A DNA stretch of 36,341 nt from a virus (IMGVR_UViG_3300020711_000021:1-36341); one strand, 5' to 3'. Counted from the stretch's first letter, positions 1 through 5,997 are shown. Program-made: numbers and translations. The notes: generated from the letters alone by a model not told the origin.

Positions 1-1
1 C

Positions 2-73
2 AGTCCAATGATGTAACTGGCAACATGGCGTGTTTTGAGCTCGCTCTTTTAGGTTCGAATCCTGGTTGGACTA
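2..73 (+). tRNA. tRNA-Gln(UUG)
   Basis: Acceptor AGTCCAA/TTGGACT, D stem ATGT/ACAT, anticodon loop TT-TTG-AG, T loop TTCGAAT. Confidence 0.85.
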
Positions 74-78
74 CATTT

Positions 79-168
79 GGAAGCATAGCCTAATTGGTAA
101 GGCAGCACTCTTGAAAAGTGCCGTGTCGGTGATGAATCGGCTTATAGGTTCGAGTCCTATTGCTTCCT
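79..168 (+). tRNA. tRNA-Ser(UGA)
   Basis: GGAAGCA/TGCTTCC acceptor, GCACT-CT-TGA-AA-AGTGC anticodon arm, long variable arm, TTCGAGT T loop. Confidence 0.92.
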
Positions 169-209
169 CTAAAATAAACTAGATACTATAGCAATGTTTA
201 TTTTTATAT

Positions 210-281
210 GGGTCTTTAAGCTTTAAGGTGAAGCGCATGTTTGTGAAGCATGAGAACTCGGTTCAATACCGTGATGGACCC
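210..281 (+). tRNA. tRNA-His(GUG)
   Basis: CATGT-TT-GTG-AA-GCATG anticodon arm; G(-1) at 210 opposite discriminator C281. Confidence 0.85.
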
Positions 282-287
282 CAACAA

Positions 288-376
288 GGAAAGCAAACCA
301 CGACGGTGAGTGGGTCCGCCTGCTAAGCGAGATGTTCGGATTAATGCTGGATGAGGTTCGATCCCTCTGCTTTCCG
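288..376 (+). tRNA. tRNA-Ser(GCU)
   Basis: GGAAAGC/GCTTTCC acceptor, CT-GCT-AA loop, long variable arm, discriminator G. Confidence 0.85.
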
Positions 377-382
377 CACTAT

Positions 383-457
383 GCAAGTATAGCTCAATTG
401 CGTTAGAGCATCGCACTGATACTGCGAAGGTTATAGGTTCAAATCCTGTTACTTGCA
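383..457 (+). tRNA. tRNA-Ile(GAU)
   Basis: GCAAGTA/TACTTGC acceptor, TCGCA-CT-GAT-AC-TGCGA anticodon arm. Confidence 0.92.
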
Positions 458-464
458 CATAAAA

Positions 465-537
465 GGACTTGTAGCTCAGAGGCAGAGCAGGCGGCTGTTA
501 ACCGTCAGGTCGGTGATTTCGAAATTCCCCAAGTCCG
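465..537 (+). tRNA. tRNA-Asn(GUU)
   Basis: GGACTTG/CAAGTCC acceptor, GGCGG-CT-GTT-AA-CCGTC arm, discriminator G. Confidence 0.88.
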
Positions 538-544
538 CAAAATT

Positions 545-630
545 GAGAGTAAGGTAACTATTGGTTGGTTATCAACGGCTGTAACCCGTCAGGCCCAGAA
601 AGGGGGTAGGTTCGATTCCTACTACTCTCA
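545..630 (+). tRNA. tRNA-Tyr(GUA)
   Basis: GAGAGTA/TACTCTC acceptor, CT-GTA-AC loop, long variable arm, GTAGG-TTCGATT-CCTAC T arm. Confidence 0.88.
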
Positions 631-640
631 CAAAAATAGA

Positions 641-672
641 TTTGGAAAATTAAAAATTCAAATTTATATTTA
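641..672 (+). promoter_or_regulatory. Bacteroidota-type promoter (TTTGG-N19-TATATTTA) upstream of tmRNA
   Basis: Resembles the Bacteroidota -33 TTTG / -7 TAnnTTTG consensus; the same 19-nt spacing recurs at 5 other sites. Confidence 0.75.
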
Positions 673-684
673 TGATATAAAAAC

Positions 685-1080
685 GGGGATGAAATGGTGT
701 AGATTGCTAATGTAGTTCTTTAAGATGATGCAAGCAGTGTTAGTATTGGAAACACTTAAATAACCTATACAAACAATAAACGCTAACGTAGAATTATCTA
801 CTTGGACAATCGAAGATGCTTTGGCATTTGTAGATGGTGAAGCTATGGCAATTGCTGCCTAATTCACCCCGGGGCTTCACACACGTGCCTTGCAACAGAA
901 GTGTATTTAAAAAGGAACTAAGAGGCTTACCTTTTCAAAAAAGAGTACTCGGTAGGTTTTCAGTCCCAATCGTTCGAGAAGCGGAACTGGTATTTTGTCT
1001 AGTTAGAAAACGAGACTAAGCTTGTGAATGAATCTATTGGGTTAGTTAGTAAGACTTCGGTTCGACTCCGAACATCTCCA
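685..1080 (+). ncRNA. ssrA: tmRNA; tag reading frame 782-862 encodes ANVELSTWTIEDALAFVDGEAMAIAA*
   Basis: 5' GGGGATG pairs with 3' CATCTCC-A including the G3:U70 Ala determinant; T arm TTCGG-TTCGACT-CCGAA; ATAAAC-GCT resume context; tag ends AIAA-stop. Confidence 0.93.
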
Positions 1081-1105
1081 CAACAAAAAAGCATTTTTAA
1101 GAAAG

Positions 1106-1137
1106 TTTGGCTTAACTAAATTTTCAACTTATATTTA
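1106..1137 (+). promoter_or_regulatory. Promoter TTTGG-N19-TATATTTA upstream of the ncRNA/tRNA cluster
   Basis: Repeat of the motif with 19-nt spacer. Confidence 0.75.
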
Positions 1138-1159
1138 GGTATAAGAAAAAAGATAAGAA

Positions 1160-1172
1160 GCTCTTTGAAAAT
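1160..1172 (+). promoter_or_regulatory. boxA-like antitermination element (GCTCTTTGAAAAT)
   Basis: Resembles rrn boxA (TGCTCTTTAACA); lies between a promoter and a long non-coding transcript. Confidence 0.45.
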
Positions 1173-1177
1173 ATTGA

Positions 1178-1246
1178 AACTGTGGTAATAAGTTGAGTTA
1201 CTTCGTATGGCTTATATAAAATGAACTCACTTAAGCATTCCCGGTT
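1178..1246 (+). ncRNA. Ro60-associated Y-RNA-like scaffold, copy A (18-nt insert)
   Basis: Outer helix AACTG(T)GG/CCCGGTT, inner helix TAAGT(T)GAGTT/AACTCACTTA, TACTTCG at 1199-1205. Confidence 0.7.
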
Positions 1247-1253
1247 AAAATCA

Positions 1254-1383
1254 TTTAGGTGGTTAATTAGAAAGTTACTTCGCACGAATAGTTCAATGGT
1301 TGAACATTTTCATATCCAGAAAAAGTAACGGGTTCAATTCCCGTTTCATGCCCCAAAAAAACTTTCTTAAACATTCCCCTAAA
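1254..1383 (+). ncRNA. Y-RNA-like scaffold, copy B, enclosing a complete tRNA-like cloverleaf (1282-1355)
   Basis: Outer TTTAGG(T)GG/CCCCTAAA, inner AGAAAGTT/AACTTTCT, TACTTCG at 1276-1282; insert has acceptor, D, anticodon and T arms plus CCA. Confidence 0.75.
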
Positions 1384-1389
1384 CTTATT

Positions 1390-1500
1390 TGATGAATAGT
1401 AAGGACCAGCGTTACTTCGCGTGCAAGGTGCACATTTAAATTTGGATTTTAAAAATCGCGGTTCAATTCCGCCTGAAACGCTACCAATGTTCTTTCATCA
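1390..1500 (+). ncRNA. Y-RNA-like scaffold, copy C, with D/anticodon/T-arm insert
   Basis: Outer TGATGAA(T)AG/CTTTCATCA, inner AGCGTT/AACGCT, TACTTCG at 1413-1419; hairpins GTGC/GCAC, TTTAAA/TTTAAA, GCGG-TTCAATT-CCGC. Confidence 0.72.
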
Positions 1501-1508
1501 TTTTTTAT

Positions 1509-1581
1509 GTTCCTGAGGACAAAATGGTTGAGTCGTCACCCTTTCAAGGTGAAGGAGCGGGATCGTTACCCGTCAGGAATA
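1509..1581 (+). tRNA. tRNA-Glu(UUC)
   Basis: GTTCCTG/CAGGAAT acceptor, TCACC-CT-TTC-AA-GGTGA arm; atypical T loop ATCGTTA. Confidence 0.87.
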
Positions 1582-1587
1582 CAACAA

Positions 1588-1661
1588 GGTCTATTAGTGA
1601 ATTGGTATCATATCTCACTGTCTATGAGAAGTGCTCGGATCGTAACCGTGATAGACCGCCA
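1588..1661 (+). tRNA. tRNA-Asp(GUC)
   Basis: GGTCTAT/ATAGACC acceptor, TCTCA-CT-GTC-TA-TGAGA arm, G discriminator plus encoded CCA; T loop ATCGTAA. Confidence 0.87.
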
Positions 1662-1667
1662 ACAAAT

Positions 1668-1740
1668 GCTTCTATAGCTCAATGGTCAGAGCAGGACGCT
1701 TATATCGTCAAGGCTACAGGTTCGAGTCCTGTTAGAAGTA
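1668..1740 (+). tRNA. tRNA-Ile(UAU)
   Basis: GCTTCTA/TAGAAGT acceptor, GACG-CT-TAT-AT-CGTC arm, canonical D and T arms, discriminator A. Confidence 0.87.
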
Positions 1741-1757
1741 CTAAAAACAAAAATAAA

Positions 1758-1949
1758 ATGAAAAAAATAGTAATCTACAAAGATGTAGAAAATGTAAACG
1801 GTAAAAAAGAACGTCATATTCTTCGTTCAATCCAGCCTAGTTATGAATGGCAAGGATATGCGAAAAATAAAAACAGTATGATAGATTCTGAAGTTAGGAA
1901 TTTAGCACGTGCTTTAGAACCTAGTTTTACAGGATTCTATGTAGCATAA
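1758..1949 (+). CDS. Hypothetical protein (63 aa, MKKIVIYKDV...)
   Basis: ATG after an A-rich leader; the longer ORF from 1524 overlaps three tRNAs. Confidence 0.7.
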   Translation: MKKIVIYKDVENVNGKKERHILRSIQPSYEWQGYAKNKNSMIDSEVRNLARALEPSFTGFYVA

Positions 1950-1954
1950 AGATA

Positions 1955-2039
1955 TTTGCTGTAGTAATAAGTTGAGTTACTTCGTCTGACTTTTTAATTC
2001 ATAAATGAAAAAACAACTCACTTAAACTTTCTCAGTAAA
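1955..2039 (+). ncRNA. Y-RNA-like scaffold, copy D (30-nt insert)
   Basis: Outer TTTGCTG(T)AG/CTCAGTAAA; shares 22-nt GTAATAAGTTGAGTTACTTCGT and 11-nt AACTCACTTAA exactly with copy A. Confidence 0.7.
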
Positions 2040-2052
2040 CTTATTTTAAAAT

Positions 2053-2127
2053 TGTGGGATGCGTAGAAAATGGTTATCTCGTCAGTCTCATAAGCTGAAG
2101 TTCCCGGTTCAAGTCCGGGTCCCGCAA
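2053..2127 (+). tRNA. tRNA-Met(CAU), initiator-like body
   Basis: TGTGGGA/TCCCGCA acceptor, TCAGT-CT-CAT-AA-GCTGA arm; lacks the three consecutive G-C anticodon-stem pairs of fMet tRNA. Confidence 0.85.
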
Positions 2128-2132
2128 CATAA

Positions 2133-2233
2133 GTCCTTGATCAGGAACCGAAGATATGGTCGGCCTCTTGTGTAAACAATGCACACTGCTACCATCTAAA
2201 CCGTAGGTTAGCACAGTTCACAACTCTGGGGAT
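2133..2233 (+). ncRNA. Unidentified structured RNA (three hairpins plus closing stem)
   Basis: GC-richer island between tRNAs; hairpins AGG-AA-CCGA/TCGG-CCT, TGTGTA/TGCACA, TGCTA..ATCTA/TAGGT-TAGCA; weak closing stem GTCCTT/GGGGAT. Confidence 0.45.
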
Positions 2234-2251
2234 ATTTTAAAAGTTGTATTT

Positions 2252-2326
2252 GGACGCATAGTTTAGTTGGAAAAACACTTGCCTTGTAAGCATGAGTTCT
2301 CGGGTCGGTTCCGGGTGTGTCCTCCA
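2252..2326 (+). tRNA. tRNA-Thr(UGU)
   Basis: GGACGCA/TGTGTCC acceptor, CT-TGT-AA loop, encoded CCA; atypical T loop GTCGGTT. Confidence 0.82.
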
Positions 2327-2332
2327 AAAATT

Positions 2333-2405
2333 GGTTCTATCGTTCAATGGATTAGGACAATTGCCTTCTAAGCAATTTATGCTGGTTCGAATCCAGCTAG
2401 AACTT
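2333..2405 (+). tRNA. tRNA-Arg(UCU)
   Basis: GGTTCTA/TAGAACT acceptor, ATTGC-CT-TCT-AA-GCAAT arm, GCTGG-TTCGAAT-CCAGC T arm. Confidence 0.92.
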
Positions 2406-2411
2406 CAATAT

Positions 2412-2493
2412 GCTCCGATGGTGTAATTGGCAGCCACGCTAGACTTAGGATCTAGTGTCGTAAGACGTAAGGGTTCGAGTCCCTTTTGGAGCA
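2412..2493 (+). tRNA. tRNA-Leu(UAG)
   Basis: GCTCCGA/TTGGAGC acceptor, CTAGA-CT-TAG-GA-TCTAG arm, long variable arm. Confidence 0.93.
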
Positions 2494-2505
2494 CTTAAAA
2501 AAATA

Positions 2506-2537
2506 TTTGGCTAAGCAAAAAATTGGTCTTATATTTA
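2506..2537 (+). promoter_or_regulatory. Promoter TTTGG-N19-TATATTTA upstream of the Ro60 gene
   Basis: Motif match, 19-nt spacer. Confidence 0.75.
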
Positions 2538-2590
2538 CGACATAATAAAGCAATTAAAAATTCTCTAACAATAAAAAATTAGTAGTAAAA

Positions 2591-4132
2591 ATGGCACGTT
2601 ACAATTCAAAAGCAACAACAGTTACTCCAACAGTAACAAACCACCAAGGTGGAACAGGGTACAAATACGACCCAAAAACAGAATTAATCTCAATATTAGC
2701 AACAGGCTTGGATAACAAGTATTATGAAAAAGTAGGTGAACGTGAACAACGTTTGGCCAAAGTCATAGAAGAAGTAGCTAAAAAAGACAAACTATTTGCT
2801 GCAAAAGCTCTAGTGTATGCTCGTACCGTAATGGGACAAAGAACAGTAACACACTTTGGTGCTGTAGAATTAGCTAAAGTATTAGGAGGTGATTCTCTAG
2901 GTTCTCGTTTCTTTTCAAAGCGTGAACGTAAACAAAATAAAGGTGGTATTATCTTCCGTTTGGATGATATGCTTGAAATTGCTGCTTGTTATCAAGCACG
3001 TAATGAAGGTAAACCATTTTCAAATGCAATCAAGAAAGGTTTTAAATCCGCTCTTGAATCAGCAGATGAATATGAATTAGCTAAATATCAAGCTAAAAAT
3101 CGCGATTTATCTTTAGTTGACATCGTTAACTTAGTACACCCAAAACCATCACCAAGAATGGCTCCAGTGTTTGCTAAATTGATGAAAGGTGAACTTAAAC
3201 AGTTTAATACTGTAGAAGATAAAAATACTAAAGCTGGTCAAGAAGTTGCCGCTAAAGTAAAAGAAGGTAAAATTACTAAAGAAGAAGCAGCAGTTGAATT
3301 AGCGCAAGCTAAAGAAGACAACTATGCCGAATTGATTAAAACACGTAAAATCGGTTATTTAGCTTTATTACGTAATTTACGTAATATTCTAAAAACAGGT
3401 GCCGATAAAGAAATTATAAACGGTGCTTGTGAACTATTAACTGATCAAAAGTTAATTAAACAATCTTTAGTGTTTCCACACCAAATAGATTTAGCATTAG
3501 AAATAATGTTGGATGAATTTGGTTCAAGTAAAGTTAAACCATTTGTTAAAGCATTAAATACCGCTTACGAACTAGCGATACCAAACCTAACAGAATTATT
3601 TCCAAATGGCCGCACAGCGGTTGTATTTGATAGTTCAGGTTCAATGTCAACATCTATTAGTTTAGCTAATAAAAATAATGGTTCAGAATCAGCCATTTCA
3701 AAAGCAGCATTAATTGCCGCTACTTTAGCTAAAGGTATTGAAGCCGATGTTTATCACTTTGCTGATCGTTGTGATGAAATCAAGTTTAATCCACTTGATA
3801 CAGTTAATACGCTTAAGAAGCAATTTTTAAGTAAACAAGGTTCAGTTGGTTATGGTACTGCCTTTGACAGTATTATGAAAAAATTAGATAACAAATATGA
3901 CCGTGTGTTTGTAATATCGGATATGCAAGGTCGTGATTATCTTGAAAGAGCTAATTACAAAAACCTTCACATATATTCAATCGATATTGCCGGTTATGGT
4001 ACAACAATGTTCAAACCAGGAAACAAAGTTTATTCATTGTTTGGTTACTCTGCCGATATTTATGAATTGATAAAGAAAGTGGAAATCGATCCAAAAGCGT
4101 TAATCGCCGAAATCGAAGCAATAGAAATTTAA
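2591..4132 (+). CDS. rsr: Ro60 / TROVE-domain RNA-binding protein with C-terminal vWA domain
   Basis: 513 aa; TROVE motifs (NHQGGTGY, DEYELAKY, LVDIVNLVHPKP, ALLRNLRNI); vWA MIDAS DSSGSM...GT...ISDMQ. Confidence 0.93.
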   Translation: MARYNSKATTVTPTVTNHQGGTGYKYDPKTELISILATGLDNKYYEKVGEREQRLAKVIEEVAKKDKLFAAKALVYARTVMGQRTVTHFGAVELAKVLGGDSLGSRFFSKRERKQNKGGIIFRLDDMLEIAACYQARNEGKPFSNAIKKGFKSALESADEYELAKYQAKNRDLSLVDIVNLVHPKPSPRMAPVFAKLMKGELKQFNTVEDKNTKAGQEVAAKVKEGKITKEEAAVELAQAKEDNYAELIKTRKIGYLALLRNLRNILKTGADKEIINGACELLTDQKLIKQSLVFPHQIDLALEIMLDEFGSSKVKPFVKALNTAYELAIPNLTELFPNGRTAVVFDSSGSMSTSISLANKNNGSESAISKAALIAATLAKGIEADVYHFADRCDEIKFNPLDTVNTLKKQFLSKQGSVGYGTAFDSIMKKLDNKYDRVFVISDMQGRDYLERANYKNLHIYSIDIAGYGTTMFKPGNKVYSLFGYSADIYELIKKVEIDPKALIAEIEAIEI

Positions 4133-4153
4133 AATTTTCCAATAAAGTAAAAT

Positions 4154-4180
4154 AACTGGGTGTTTCTACACCCGGTTTTT
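4154..4180 (+). terminator. Rho-independent terminator after Ro60
   Basis: AACTGGGTGT-TTCT-ACACCCGGTT hairpin followed by T run. Confidence 0.75.
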
Positions 4181-4202
4181 ATTTAAAGTTTTTTGAAATA
4201 TT

Positions 4203-4366
4203 ATACTATAGTAAGGGTTTGTGAGGTACTTCGTATTTATAAACTAGCTTAGAAATAAGCATTTTAATTATACACATATCAGATAAAAACCTCGTACTAG
4301 GTGCCTCTTAAAAATAACCAACAACAAGAGCAAATAAGTACAAACTCACCCCAGTAATCTTAGTAT
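4203..4366 (+). ncRNA. Y-RNA-like scaffold, copy E (~110-nt insert)
   Basis: Outer ATACTA(T)AG/CTTAGTAT, inner GGG..GTGAG/CTCAC-CCC, TACTTCG at 4227-4233; internal hairpin GCTTA-GAAA-TAAGC. Confidence 0.62.
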
Positions 4367-4374
4367 ATTTTTTT

Positions 4375-4460
4375 GCCCGGATGATGGAACAGGTAGACAT
4401 GCAGGACTTAAAATCCTGTGATCCGAAAGGATCATGTGGGTTCAACTCCCACTTCGGGTA
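4375..4460 (+). tRNA. tRNA-Leu(UAA)
   Basis: GCCCGGA/TTCGGGT acceptor, CAGGA-CT-TAA-AA-TCCTG arm, long variable arm TGATCC-GAAA-GGATCA. Confidence 0.93.
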
Positions 4461-4462
4461 CT

Positions 4463-4924
4463 ATGAAAAAAGCAATTTATCTAGACGACGTCAGAACACC
4501 AATCAACGGTGATGTTGAATGGATTGTGGTTAGAAATTATAATGAATTTGTATCTAAAGTTCAAGAAATTGGATTGGAAAATATTGATGTAATTTCTTTA
4601 GATCATGATCTTGGGGATAGTGCTATGAATGAATATTTTAAAAATGTTGCTCCTAATTATACTTTGGATTACAATAATATTACCGAAAAAACGGGATATG
4701 ATTGTGCAAAATGGTTAGTTGAATATTTTTATATAAAAAATCCTAATTGGAAATATAAAAGTAGAGATGTTAAACAAGGAAGCTCATTTCGATTTCCAAA
4801 AGTATTTACCCATTCAGCTAATCCTATAGGTTCAGCTAATATTATGGGTTATATAAATAATTTTTTAATGAATGAAGTTCAAAGCCAAACCTGTGTAAGA
4901 GTTCAAATTCAACACACAATTTAA
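4463..4924 (+). CDS. Cyclic-phosphate-processing receiver-like domain protein
   Basis: Motifs IYLDDVRTP, ISLDHDLG, TGYD, HSANPIG; start moved to ATG 4463 because 4418 lies inside tRNA-Leu. Confidence 0.82.
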   Translation: MKKAIYLDDVRTPINGDVEWIVVRNYNEFVSKVQEIGLENIDVISLDHDLGDSAMNEYFKNVAPNYTLDYNNITEKTGYDCAKWLVEYFYIKNPNWKYKSRDVKQGSSFRFPKVFTHSANPIGSANIMGYINNFLMNEVQSQTCVRVQIQHTI

Positions 4925-4935
4925 AAATTTATGAA

Positions 4936-5391
4936 ATGAAACAGTTTAAAACATTAAGCGCTCATAGAAAAGTCGACTTAATACCATACATAAGAGAATA
5001 TGTTGCTAATCATCCAGAAACAGAAGTTTTAATTGGTTGTGACTCTCAAAACAGAAAAAAAGAAACTGTTTATGCTATTGTGGTAGGTTTATATACACCT
5101 GGAAAAGGCGCTCACGTTTTGTATTCTAAATTTTTTATTCAACGTGAACGAGATAACGTAGTTCGTTTATTAAACGAAGTATGGCATTCTGTTGAAACCG
5201 CAGAACAAATTAAAAATGAAATAGGAATAAAAGCAACTTGGATTGATATTGACTTAAACCCAGATCCAAAATATCGTTCAAACCAAGCACTGGCGAGTGC
5301 AGTTGGTGTTGTAACAGGTATGGGTTATAATGTAAGACATAAAGGTAATTCACCTGTTATGACTTATGCAGCAGATCATCTTGTTAAATAA
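4936..5391 (+). CDS. RNase H-like YkuK (DUF458) family protein
   Basis: IGCDSQ, RLLNEV, DIDLNPD..YRSN and C-terminal AADH motifs. Confidence 0.8.
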   Translation: MKQFKTLSAHRKVDLIPYIREYVANHPETEVLIGCDSQNRKKETVYAIVVGLYTPGKGAHVLYSKFFIQRERDNVVRLLNEVWHSVETAEQIKNEIGIKATWIDIDLNPDPKYRSNQALASAVGVVTGMGYNVRHKGNSPVMTYAADHLVK

Positions 5392-5408
5392 TAATTAATA
5401 AATTTAGC

Positions 5409-5437
5409 GCCCCACTTACTTAATAGTGGGGCTTTTT
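5409..5437 (+). terminator. Rho-independent terminator closing the RNA island
   Basis: GCCCCACT-loop-AGTGGGGC followed by TTTTT. Confidence 0.8.
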
Positions 5438-5456
5438 CTAGCATATATTTATATAC

Positions 5457-5882
5457 ATGAATTTAAATAAAATCTTCGATTTATTCAACGAAAATCCCCA
5501 AGATAAAGATGAGGACGTATCTATCGTTAACTTGTACGAGCACCCGTTATTTTGGGTGGGTATGTTTGAAAAATTAATAAAAAATAATGATATATTCAAA
5601 AACAAAATTAATAAATTTTTTTTCATTGATAATCCTGATTATGATTTTGATGAGTTAAATAAATTAGGAGATAATGTTGTGTTTAATAGGGCTTATATTT
5701 TTATAAAACAAATAGATTTAAATAATCCAGACCATCAAAAAGCAGTTATAGCTAGAGGTAAGCATGGTTTATCTTCAATAATATCTTTAGCAATAAATTA
5801 TTTTTCTATATTAGAAGAATATGAAAAATGTATAGTTTTAAAAAATATTCAAACTTTTCTTGAAAAAAATTTGGCTTTGTAA
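5457..5882 (+). CDS. Hypothetical protein with C-terminal UVR-like motif
   Basis: 141-aa ORF; EEYEKC..LK motif; preceded by ATATTTATA. Confidence 0.65.
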   Translation: MNLNKIFDLFNENPQDKDEDVSIVNLYEHPLFWVGMFEKLIKNNDIFKNKINKFFFIDNPDYDFDELNKLGDNVVFNRAYIFIKQIDLNNPDHQKAVIARGKHGLSSIISLAINYFSILEEYEKCIVLKNIQTFLEKNLAL

Positions 5883-5901
5883 AATATGTTCATTATATTT
5901 T
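5870..5901 (+). promoter_or_regulatory. Promoter TTTGG-N19-TATATTTT
   Basis: Motif variant with the same spacing. Confidence 0.65.
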
Positions 5902-5997
5902 AGATACGGGTTTAAGGAGATAAAGAAGAGTGAGGATGAGATGGGTGATAGAGCGGAGGATGAAACGGGGGGGAGATAAATATTAAAATTATATTAT

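Noticed and set aside
216-458. 80-aa minus-strand ORF
   Set aside because: Antisense to tRNA-His, -Ser and -Ile
834-1019. 61-aa ORF
   Set aside because: Lies inside the tmRNA in a different frame from the tag
1282-1355. Calling the nested cloverleaf an ordinary tRNA-Asp(AUC)
   Set aside because: Non-canonical anticodon loop, C discriminator, and enclosure within scaffold helices; treated as ncRNA cargo
1524-1757. N-terminal part of the 141-aa ORF
   Set aside because: Overlaps tRNA-Glu, -Asp and -Ile; the likely start is 1758
1178-2039. TACTTCG repeats as a CRISPR array
   Set aside because: Units are not identical or regularly spaced, inserts vary widely, conservation is structural, and no cas operon is present; the 25315 nuclease sits beside primase
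4418-4462. N-terminal extension of the receiver-like ORF
   Set aside because: Inside tRNA-Leu(UAA); ATG 4463 fits the domain start
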